A stretch of 32,000 nt of DNA from Candidatus Nanosynbacter sp. BB002 (GTDB lineage: Bacteria > Patescibacteriota > Saccharimonadia > Saccharimonadales > Saccharimonadaceae), in NCBI RefSeq assembly GCF_037013405.1, contig NZ_CP146064.1, positions 750,001-782,000 on the forward strand, written 5' to 3'. Shown one piece after another: positions 25,000 to 32,000 of the stretch. The stretch's first letter is position 1, and each line of letters opens with the position of its first letter. Made by a program: the position numbers and the translations under genes. The notes beneath the pieces are model-generated. The model did no database searches and was not told the DNA's origin. It saw nothing but the letters and a program-made list of their open reading frames with translations.

Positions 25000-25452
25000 A
25001 TGAATATTCGCAAACAACTCACCACCTTTGCCACCATCGGTGTTCTCAATACCGCCATTGACATCACAATATACACCCTATTGATATGGCTCACCGTGCC
25101 GCTACTATTGGCCGTCATCATGTCAACCACCATAGGGATGATCTGCAGCTATTTTCTAAATAAGCGCTTCACCTTCAAAACCGACCGCCAGCCAATTGTC
25201 CAGTTTATCGGTATCACCCTCACTGGCCTGTGGGTTTTACAACCAACTGCCATATGGCTACTTATCCAACTGTTCGGAATAACCAGCACTTTTGGTTTGA
25301 GCATAGCAAAATTAGCCGCCACTAGCATCAGTCTGGTGTGGAATTTTGTATGGTACCGAATCGTATTTCGAGGAACAAAGAAAAAACACCTCCGTAGACG
25401 TGTCTTTTCTTGGCTCCGGCAGCTGGGCTCGAACCAGCGACCTATTGGTTAA
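25000..25452 (+). CDS. gtrA: GtrA family membrane protein (polyprenyl-phosphate-sugar flippase-like)
   Basis: 150 aa with four hydrophobic helices. N-terminal FATIGVLNTAIDITIY and C-terminal WNFVWYRIVF are typical of GtrA. A basic 28-aa tail extends into the antisense of tRNA-Asn. Confidence 0.75.
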   Translation: MNIRKQLTTFATIGVLNTAIDITIYTLLIWLTVPLLLAVIMSTTIGMICSYFLNKRFTFKTDRQPIVQFIGITLTGLWVLQPTAIWLLIQLFGITSTFGLSIAKLAATSISLVWNFVWYRIVFRGTKKKHLRRRVFSWLRQLGSNQRPIG

Positions 25453-25485
25453 CAGCCAACCGCTCTACCACTGAGCTATGCCGGA
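25411..25485 (-). tRNA. tRNA-Asn (anticodon GTT), CCA encoded
   Basis: Hand-folded cloverleaf: acceptor TCCGGCA/TGCCGGA; D arm GCTC-AGTGGTA-GAGC; anticodon arm GTTGG-CTGTTAA-CCAAT; variable AGGTC; T arm GCTGG-TTCGAGC-CCAGC; discriminator G; CCA. Confidence 0.9.
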
Positions 25486-25498
25486 ATACCGTATTGCC

Positions 25499-25527
25499 AT
25501 TGTACCGTATCATGACATTATTGTAAA
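25499..25527 (-). promoter_or_regulatory. Candidate promoter for tRNA-Asn
   Basis: Minus strand reads TTTACA (25527-25522), 17 nt, TACAAT (25504-25499). The -10 ends 13 nt before the mature tRNA 5' end. Confidence 0.45.
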
Positions 25528-25546
25528 GAACTGAATTATGGTTATA

Positions 25547-25903
25547 TTAGGCACCTTTGACAATATCCAAAGCTTTTCTCAGGATGGCAGCTTCCTCATG
25601 AGCCGCCTCATCCGCCGCGGCCTCACGTTTTTTGGCTTCTTGCTCCAGATGATACCACCATGGCTTGGTCGCGCCAGTAGTATCAACCTCGTGATTGATA
25701 CCAAGCTCCAGTGACCTGGCTTTACCCTCTCGTTTAATCAAGGCTCCCTGTGCCACCAAACCGTCAATGTGCTTGGCTACTGTTGAGACTGATTTATAGC
25801 CCAAAGCCTGCATTATCTCTCGAAACGTTGGGCTATATCCCTGTCCGCTGATGAATCCTTCAATAAAATCTAGTAGTTGTTTTTGCTTTTTTGTTAGTTT
25901 CAT
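25547..25903 (-). CDS. LexA N-terminal DNA-binding domain protein (no S24 peptidase domain)
   Basis: MKLTKKQKQLLDFIEGFISGQGYSPTFREIMQALGYKSVSTVAKHIDGLVAQGALIKREGKARSLEL matches the LexA winged-helix domain. The remaining 50 aa are helical and acidic, with no Ser/Lys peptidase motifs. Confidence 0.7.
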   Translation of the reverse strand: MKLTKKQKQLLDFIEGFISGQGYSPTFREIMQALGYKSVSTVAKHIDGLVAQGALIKREGKARSLELGINHEVDTTGATKPWWYHLEQEAKKREAAADEAAHEEAAILRKALDIVKGA

Positions 25904-25958
25904 ATATGTTCTATTCCTTGCTATACTTATAATACAACCAAACAGGAGGATAATAAAG

Positions 25959-26972
25959 ATGAAGATTTTGTTGACTGGTGGTGCAGGTTATATCGGTTCT
26001 CATACCGCCATTGAGCTGATTCACAGCGGACACGAGGTGATTATTATGGATGATCTGTCGAACAGCTCAGCGGAAGTGATACGACGCATTGAGCACATCA
26101 CCAAAACGACCGTTCCGTTTGTAGAGGCAGATGTGCGTGACAAAGCGGCGCTAGAAGAGGTATTTGCTAACCAACAGATTGATGCCGTCATTCATTTTGC
26201 CGGATTTAAAGCTGTTGGTGAGTCAGTCGCCAAACCCCTGGAGTATTATGACAATAATCTCATCTCAAGTCTGGTTCTTTTGGAAACCATGAAAAAACAT
26301 CATGTTAACAAAATTGTTTTCTCCAGTTCAGCCACTGTCTATGGCAATCCAGAGTCTCTGCCACTGACAGAAGAATCACCAACTGGCCGAGGAATTACCA
26401 ATCCATATGGCCAGACTAAGTTCATGATTGAGCAGATTTTACAAGATGCCGCGGTCGCCAACCCAGAGTTGGAGGTTTCTATTTTGCGCTATTTCAACCC
26501 CATCGGCGCGCACGCATCAGGAACCATTGGTGAAGATCCAAACGGCATCCCAAACAACCTACTACCATACGTTGCGCAAGTGGCAGTTGGTAAACTGAAT
26601 GAAGTTGGTGTGTTCGGTGATGACTATGACACACCTGATGGTACCGGTGTGCGTGACTATATCCACGTAGTCGATTTGGCGCGTGGTCACGTAGCAGCGC
26701 TGGAGCACATGAAGTCAGGCGTGAATATCTATAACCTTGGTACAGGACATGGTACCTCTGTTCTGGAGATCATTAAAGCCTTCTCTCAAGCCTCTGGCCA
26801 CGACATTCCTTATGTCATCAAGACTCGTCGCCCTGGTGATTTGGCAGCTTGCTACGCCAATTGCGATAAAGCCCAACGAGAGCTCAACTGGAAAGCTGAA
26901 TTATCTGTTGAGCAAGCCTGCCAAGACACCTGGAACTGGCAAAGTAATAATCCAAACGGCTACCACTCATAA
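25959..26972 (+). CDS. galE: UDP-glucose 4-epimerase
   Basis: MKILLTGGAGYIGSH Rossmann motif, SSSATVYG, YGQTKFMIEQIL (YxxxK). AGGAGG RBS 8 nt upstream. The longer track ORF (25851) is an artefactual N-terminal extension. Confidence 0.92.
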   Translation: MKILLTGGAGYIGSHTAIELIHSGHEVIIMDDLSNSSAEVIRRIEHITKTTVPFVEADVRDKAALEEVFANQQIDAVIHFAGFKAVGESVAKPLEYYDNNLISSLVLLETMKKHHVNKIVFSSSATVYGNPESLPLTEESPTGRGITNPYGQTKFMIEQILQDAAVANPELEVSILRYFNPIGAHASGTIGEDPNGIPNNLLPYVAQVAVGKLNEVGVFGDDYDTPDGTGVRDYIHVVDLARGHVAALEHMKSGVNIYNLGTGHGTSVLEIIKAFSQASGHDIPYVIKTRRPGDLAACYANCDKAQRELNWKAELSVEQACQDTWNWQSNNPNGYHS

Positions 26973-26992
26973 GACGCTTTGCGCACTGAACC

Positions 26993-27020
26993 AAAACCAG
27001 CGGCTACTACCGCTGGTTTT
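26993..27020 (+). terminator. Hairpin terminator between convergent galE and the LCP gene
   Basis: AAAACCAGCGG-CTACTA-CCGCTGGTTTT is an 11-bp stem with a 6-nt loop and a T-run on the plus strand. The right arm contains the LCP stop codon (27007-27009). Confidence 0.6.
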
Positions 27021-28710
27021 CTGTACCGAGGACGATGACAATGTCAGCGTTATACTTACTGATGGTTGGCGGGATGGTAGTTACAACATTAGTGCCATAG
27101 GTTTGCTTCAATTTTTCAATGGTCTTTGGTTTCGTACCGTTACTTAGGTCGTAGATAGTGTGTTTAGCTTGGACGCCGCCCGGATAGTTGCCAACCTGGA
27201 CCACATTTAACTCTTGTTTAGTTAATTTCGTCTGTTCGGCGGCCGCCACCCCGGCGATACCAGATCCATTCAATATCACCAGTCTCGCTTCCTCGTTCAT
27301 CTCAGCTGTTGGGCTGATGCGTTTTTTAACATAATTTTTAATGGCCGTGTAGTTATAGGTTCCAGCAGTCGGCACCACCACACTGGCGCCTGCGATATTG
27401 GAGGTTGTCAGTAGCTGTACCTTATTTTTCTCGTCAACCAGTGGTATTGAGACAATCTTTTCGGCATTAAACTCCTTCAAAATTTCAACGATGGTCTGCA
27501 TCTCTTTGGTTTCAAAGTTGGTGTTAATGTTATTACCCAATGCATCGATAATCCCCATCATGACGTTGAAATCTGCTTTGTTGGATGTTTTGGCTTTCTC
27601 GACGATGGCTTTGATAATTTTTTGCTGGTTACGCTCACGGTCAAAGTTACCGCCACTCAATCCAATTCCTCCAGCACTACCACGGGCACGGCTAAATGCC
27701 AAGGCTTGCTCACCATTCATGTGAACTGTCTCACCGTTACGGTAGCGGATTTTTGTAGCCACGTCGTACACCATTGATGAGCCGTCGTAGGCCTCAACCT
27801 TCACGTCGATTCCACCAAGTGCATTAACCACCTCAGTAAGCACGCGCCAGTTAGCGTGCACTTTGTAGTGGATTTCCATACCCAATACCTCTTGAGCAGC
27901 TTTGGCGATCTCTGCCTGTCCAGCCTGTTCACTAGCAGCTTGGTCCTTGCCGCTGTCTTTGGCGTCTTGTTTACCACAGCCATAACTCTCGTTTAGCTTT
28001 CCGGCGGTAGTTTTCAGCCAAGACTGACAGGTGTGCTTTACGTACAGATCTCGCGGCAGAGACACAGTGTAGGCGTCCTTATTGTCCTGGTGATAAGACA
28101 ATACCATGATGGAGTCAGCCAAATCAGCACCCTCCCAGCCATCAGGCGACGTACCAAAAATCAAAACATTTGTACGGCCGTTATCATCCTGTTTAAGTCG
28201 TGTTTTCGTAAACAACCCAAGGATATCTCCACCAACAACTCGCGATAGATTGTTATATAGTCGCCATGCCTGAAAGCCCAAAAATATCAGTAGTGGAATT
28301 AATATTATCAGTATAATGCGCTTGATGAGTCGTCGCTTTTTGAACTGCTCAAACGACAGCGGTTTTTTGTTCTTTTTCTCACGCTTTTTGTTAAGCTTTT
28401 CGAGCTTCTTTTCTGCTTTGAGACGCTTCTGCTCTTTTTTATCTGGTTCTGGTCGGACTGGTCGCTGCGGCTGATTATCAATTTCTCGCAGACTAGCTTG
28501 TATATCATTATCTTCAGGAAATGGACGCTGAAGTTGTTGTGGTTGCTGAAAATTTTGCGGAGCAACTGGAGTATGTCGCGGCTGCATACCATCAATAGCA
28601 ACCGGTCTACCCACTCGTCTTGGAGCGTTAATACCGGGTTTATTCCCGACTCGCTCTGGTCGTCGACCAGCAGGAATGAAACCATCAACTGATATATTCG
28701 GCTTTTTCAT
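27007..28710 (-). CDS. LCP (LytR-CpsA-Psr) family protein with a long basic N-terminal region and a LytR_C-like C-terminus
   Basis: One TM helix (IILIILIPLLIFLGF). LCP core TNVLIFGTS...ADSIMVLSY...SLPRDLYV...RARGSAGG...DRERNQQKII. The probable start is the ATG at 28710. Confidence 0.85.
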   Translation of the reverse strand: MKKPNISVDGFIPAGRRPERVGNKPGINAPRRVGRPVAIDGMQPRHTPVAPQNFQQPQQLQRPFPEDNDIQASLREIDNQPQRPVRPEPDKKEQKRLKAEKKLEKLNKKREKKNKKPLSFEQFKKRRLIKRIILIILIPLLIFLGFQAWRLYNNLSRVVGGDILGLFTKTRLKQDDNGRTNVLIFGTSPDGWEGADLADSIMVLSYHQDNKDAYTVSLPRDLYVKHTCQSWLKTTAGKLNESYGCGKQDAKDSGKDQAASEQAGQAEIAKAAQEVLGMEIHYKVHANWRVLTEVVNALGGIDVKVEAYDGSSMVYDVATKIRYRNGETVHMNGEQALAFSRARGSAGGIGLSGGNFDRERNQQKIIKAIVEKAKTSNKADFNVMMGIIDALGNNINTNFETKEMQTIVEILKEFNAEKIVSIPLVDEKNKVQLLTTSNIAGASVVVPTAGTYNYTAIKNYVKKRISPTAEMNEEARLVILNGSGIAGVAAAEQTKLTKQELNVVQVGNYPGGVQAKHTIYDLSNGTKPKTIEKLKQTYGTNVVTTIPPTISKYNADIVIVLGTENQR

Positions 28711-30124
28711 CAACTCTATCTATTATAGCAAACATAAGCATTGCAACAAAATAAATATGAAGTGCGTTTGGCAGCCCTGAAAAGAACATCCACTGGAGGA
28801 CAAACCCTAGTATAATTGGCCAGGCTAGCGCTTTTTTGACGGACATTTTTCGACATAAAGCCAGCAGTAGAGATGTCAATAATACAACACCTACAATCCC
28901 CAATTCCACTGCCACAGACAAGAATTCATTTTGGACGATTTCAAATTCGCCGCTCGTCTTGCCAGACTGTTGAAAAATAGCACGTCCTGCGCCACCCGCA
29001 CCCACACCAACGAGGAACTGTACCGGGTTTTTTGTCCAAACCTCCAAAGCAAGTTGCGACATACCAGTTCGCTCCTCTGTCGACTTCGCGACATAGCCAT
29101 CAAACACTGCTTTCGGTGGCGAGTCTGGCATTGCCTGTTGTGAGCTGGCTGCTGAGGTATTCTCTTGAGGCGGTTGCTGGGGTGTCAGGTCTGGTAAACT
29201 AATCTTTCCTAATGATAGATGGTTGATCGATTTGGTGATTGATTGATAAAACCCATCAGCTACCCTGGGGTTAAGCTGTGTAAAGACTCCGTGCCACATC
29301 ATACCAAAGGCAAAGCTACCCACGAGCACCATGACAACCACAGCCGAGGACCGTAGCCAGTTGGTCGATGTACGCCAATTTACTAGTACTACCTGCACCA
29401 GCACTGCTGCCATCACTGCATACAGTGCGCCGCGGCTTAGTGTGAGATATAGCGCCACAAACATCAAACAGAGAGCAACTATGTCATATTTCGTGGCTTT
29501 GTTTTGTAGTAGTCGGTAGGAGACTAGTAAAATTGGCGCAATCAATAGGCTCCCAAAAAACTGTGGTTCAATAGCAAAACCACTGGGGCGCACAAACCCA
29601 AATCCTCGCGCTACACACCCATTGCATAACCCCCAATCAAACCAAGCGCCGTACGCCACCTGGATAATTGCTAGCAAACTCATCACCACCGCGGTCATAA
29701 CAGTAACGCTCATCAGCGGACCAACCATTTTCTTGAGCGACGGCAAGCTATATATCACCAGAAAATCGAGAAATAACACACTCCAGAGGCCATTTACAAG
29801 GATTGACCTCAGAGGGTTAACTGACCATATGATACTGAGGAGATTCCAACCCACAAATACAGCTAGTAGCCAGACAGCTTTTTGTCGCCAGAGAAATTGC
29901 CGATGATTCCAAATTTGCGGCAATCCCACTAGTGCCAAAACTACTGCGTAAATGACGGCGATTGATAGTTCCAAATTCGTACCGCTTTGCCGACCAAAAG
30001 AGATGGTCGGAATATACGAAAACCACAGCGCCACGGGGGCTAATAGCACTAGCTTCTCCGTGACGCTAGCCGCTACCAGCCACGACGGCAAGCTCTGTCT
30101 CACTCTATTTACCAGTCGCATCAT
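28685..30124 (-). CDS. O-antigen ligase/polymerase family (Wzy_C-like) membrane protein
   Basis: About 479 aa, polytopic. Has the central LTLSRGALYAV motif region and a large periplasmic-type loop. Sits among glycosyltransferase genes. Confidence 0.6.
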   Translation of the reverse strand: MMRLVNRVRQSLPSWLVAASVTEKLVLLAPVALWFSYIPTISFGRQSGTNLELSIAVIYAVVLALVGLPQIWNHRQFLWRQKAVWLLAVFVGWNLLSIIWSVNPLRSILVNGLWSVLFLDFLVIYSLPSLKKMVGPLMSVTVMTAVVMSLLAIIQVAYGAWFDWGLCNGCVARGFGFVRPSGFAIEPQFFGSLLIAPILLVSYRLLQNKATKYDIVALCLMFVALYLTLSRGALYAVMAAVLVQVVLVNWRTSTNWLRSSAVVVMVLVGSFAFGMMWHGVFTQLNPRVADGFYQSITKSINHLSLGKISLPDLTPQQPPQENTSAASSQQAMPDSPPKAVFDGYVAKSTEERTGMSQLALEVWTKNPVQFLVGVGAGGAGRAIFQQSGKTSGEFEIVQNEFLSVAVELGIVGVVLLTSLLLALCRKMSVKKALAWPIILGFVLQWMFFSGLPNALHIYFVAMLMFAIIDRVDEKAEYIS

Positions 30125-31244
30125 CAACTATCCGCTGTAGCTCCTGCTTAAACCTCGCGTCCGAAAAATCCTTCGCCGATGCCGAGACCTGCTGTTTATG
30201 AAACGTCATACCGTCAAATCGTTGCATTGCCGCTACCAAACTTTCAACTGTCTGCTCGTCAAAGAACGTGCCATTTTTCCCTTCGTGAATATAATCCAGC
30301 GCCCCACCTTGTTTCAAAGCGATCACCGGCACGCCAGCGCTCAGCGCTTCAATTGGCGCAATACCAAATGGCTCAATGCTTGGAAAAATAAATCCTTTTG
30401 CCTGGGATACCAAGGCGTTCAACTCCTCAGGATTATCAATGCGTGGGATAAATCTAATGAGTGGACTATCTCCCGCCAGCTGCTGCAAAATGCCGTGTTC
30501 TGCGCCATCACCCACCAACACCAGCCGCTTGCCTGACAACAAACACGCTTTGATAGCAATATCTAGACGCTTCCAGTTAACCTGCCGAGAGGTAGTGATG
30601 AAAAATTCTTCTTTGGAATTAGCAGTCGAACCAATAGTAAATTTATCGACTTCCACCGGTGGAAACAACACCTGAGCGGACCGATTATAGTACTTTTTAG
30701 TTTCGGCAGCCGAATACGACGAGTTAGCGACCAGCACTGTTGGTCGCTGGGCAAATTTCCAATCAATCTTGCGCAGCGGCCCAACCAATAGCTTAAAAAA
30801 GAACCGTACGATGAAGTTCAGTTTACCAAAGCCAGGGTTTTTGACATAGTCATCATACATCCCCCAAAAATACTGCGTCGGCGGACCTTGTAAATAGCAA
30901 ATTCCTGTCTGATGTGGATAAAGTTTGATACCCTTACTTTCTGCCGTACAAACGGTGATGATGATGTCATAGTGACGCAACCGACGATGTAACCGGTTGA
31001 AATAGAGCGCCCTGGGTACCGCCAAAATCTTCCTGAGGCGAGCAGGAAAGATATTCACCCAACCAACATGAACTTGGCAATCATTAAACCAATTTATCTG
31101 CTTGCGAGAGTACTGAGAGGTGAAAATAGGTGCGTCAGGGAATAGTTCATGGATGGATTTGACTACTTTCTCCGCTCCGCCATAGGTCGTCAGCCAATCA
31201 CAAACAATGGCAACGCGCGGCACTTCCCGACCCTCAGAAGCCAT
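30105..31244 (-). CDS. Glycosyltransferase family 4 (GT-B)
   Basis: C-terminal EPFGIAPIEALSAGVPVIA...GGALDYI (E-x7-E region). The probable start is the ATG at 31244 (MASEGREVPRVAIVCDW), overlapping the upstream stop as TGATG. Confidence 0.85.
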   Translation of the reverse strand: MASEGREVPRVAIVCDWLTTYGGAEKVVKSIHELFPDAPIFTSQYSRKQINWFNDCQVHVGWVNIFPARLRKILAVPRALYFNRLHRRLRHYDIIITVCTAESKGIKLYPHQTGICYLQGPPTQYFWGMYDDYVKNPGFGKLNFIVRFFFKLLVGPLRKIDWKFAQRPTVLVANSSYSAAETKKYYNRSAQVLFPPVEVDKFTIGSTANSKEEFFITTSRQVNWKRLDIAIKACLLSGKRLVLVGDGAEHGILQQLAGDSPLIRFIPRIDNPEELNALVSQAKGFIFPSIEPFGIAPIEALSAGVPVIALKQGGALDYIHEGKNGTFFDEQTVESLVAAMQRFDGMTFHKQQVSASAKDFSDARFKQELQRIVDDATGK

Positions 31245-32000
31245 CACCGAGCTCCCCGCTGGAACAACACCATCCCAAACGTCTTTACCAAAATACGAAT
31301 ATCCAACCACAACGACCAGTTCTGTACGTAGTACACATCAAGCTGACGTCGCTCTTCAAAACTAATATCGCGCCTGCCAGACACCTGCGCCAAACCAGTT
31401 AAACCTGATTTCACTGCCAAAATGGTGTCTTTACGTTTGTATTGATTGATCTCTTGAGGGATCAAAGCCCGTGGGCCAACCAATGAGATATCACCTTTGA
31501 CGACATTCAGTAGTTGCGGCAATTCATCCAGCGAGGTTGCCCGAAGAAATCGTCCCAACCGAGTGATGCGTGGATCATTGTCTAGTTGATCGCCATTATC
31601 ACGGTATTGTTTGATCAGCTCTGGACGGCCCATCATGGTAAAGGCCTCTTCAGGAGTTGTGCCGTTATATTTGGACTTTTGTGAGCGGAACTTATAGATC
31701 CTAAACTCGCGGTTAAACCGTGTCAACCTGGTTTGACGGAAGAAAACTGCTTCACGTGGGGCGCTCAATTTCATGATGATAGCAACCAACAACATGATTG
31801 GTGAGAGCAGCAGTAGCGCCACACTACCAACCACGATGTCCATCAAGCGCTTCCAGACTCGACCAATCCCAAACAACTGGGTTGCCTGAATTTCTATGAT
31901 TGGTAGTCCAGCAATGATCTCCACGCTATTCATTTTGGACACCATCCGATCTTGCTGCGGCACAAACATATAGGTCAGGTGGTTTGACAAAGCGTAGTGA
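31244..32000 (-). CDS. Polyprenyl-phosphate glycosyl-1-phosphate transferase (bacterial sugar transferase, WbaP/EpsL-like); N-terminus may lie beyond the window
   Basis: KRLMDIVVGSVALLLLSPIMLLVAIIMKL, GPRALIPQE and KSGLTGLAQVSGRRDISFEERRQLDVYYV match PF02397. The frame stays open from 31990 to the window edge. Confidence 0.88.
   Translation of the reverse strand, partial: HYALSNHLTYMFVPQQDRMVSKMNSVEIIAGLPIIEIQATQLFGIGRVWKRLMDIVVGSVALLLLSPIMLLVAIIMKLSAPREAVFFRQTRLTRFNREFRIYKFRSQKSKYNGTTPEEAFTMMGRPELIKQYRDNGDQLDNDPRITRLGRFLRATSLDELPQLLNVVKGDISLVGPRALIPQEINQYKRKDTILAVKSGLTGLAQVSGRRDISFEERRQLDVYYVQNWSLWLDIRILVKTFGMVLFQRGAR

Overview
This is a bacterial chromosomal window. Almost all genes are on the minus strand, with AAGGAG-type RBSs and many ATGA/GTGA/TGATG start-stop overlaps. 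Only gtrA and galE are on the plus strand.

The gene content would fit a reduced-genome, Gram-positive-like lineage such as Saccharibacteria/Patescibacteria. The relevant genes are anaerobic RNR nrdDG, an LCP protein, a GT2-GT39 fusion, a LexA-N-domain-only protein, decayed regulators and several low-complexity membrane proteins. This taxonomic placement is inference only.

Left to right:
- Carotenoid cluster: lycopene-cyclase-domain gene (cut by the window edge), crtI-like desaturase, and a frameshifted phytoene synthase.
- A lower-GC pair: a secreted cutinase-vWA-PKD-FN3 protein and a small membrane protein.
- A hyper-acidic tail-anchored protein, translationally coupled to an FNR-like flavoreductase downstream of nrdD-nrdG. 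The nrdD promoter carries tandem NrdR-box-like palindromes.
- A coupled APH-like phosphotransferase / P-loop kinase pair.
- An ABC-2 exporter and an ASCH-domain protein.
- A gene-decay zone: histidine-kinase stub, gtrA-like fragment, and an OmpR-type response regulator pseudogene.
- DUF1697, then a permease/TIGR03943 pair with a small partner protein.
- A G/Q/N-rich membrane protein and a GT2-GT39 (YkcC-YkcB-like) fusion.
- A markedly low-GC three-gene cassette: ABC-like AAA ATPase, RloB/Toprim-like protein, and an unknown protein with an HEPN-like R-N-x3-H motif. It sits behind a near-consensus promoter and is my best candidate for a novel defence-type system.
- gtrA, tRNA-Asn(GTT), a LexA-N-domain protein, galE, and an envelope polysaccharide block: LCP, O-antigen-ligase-like protein, GT4, and a polyprenyl-phosphate sugar transferase that runs off the window.

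I found no rRNA, CRISPR array, transposase or integrase.
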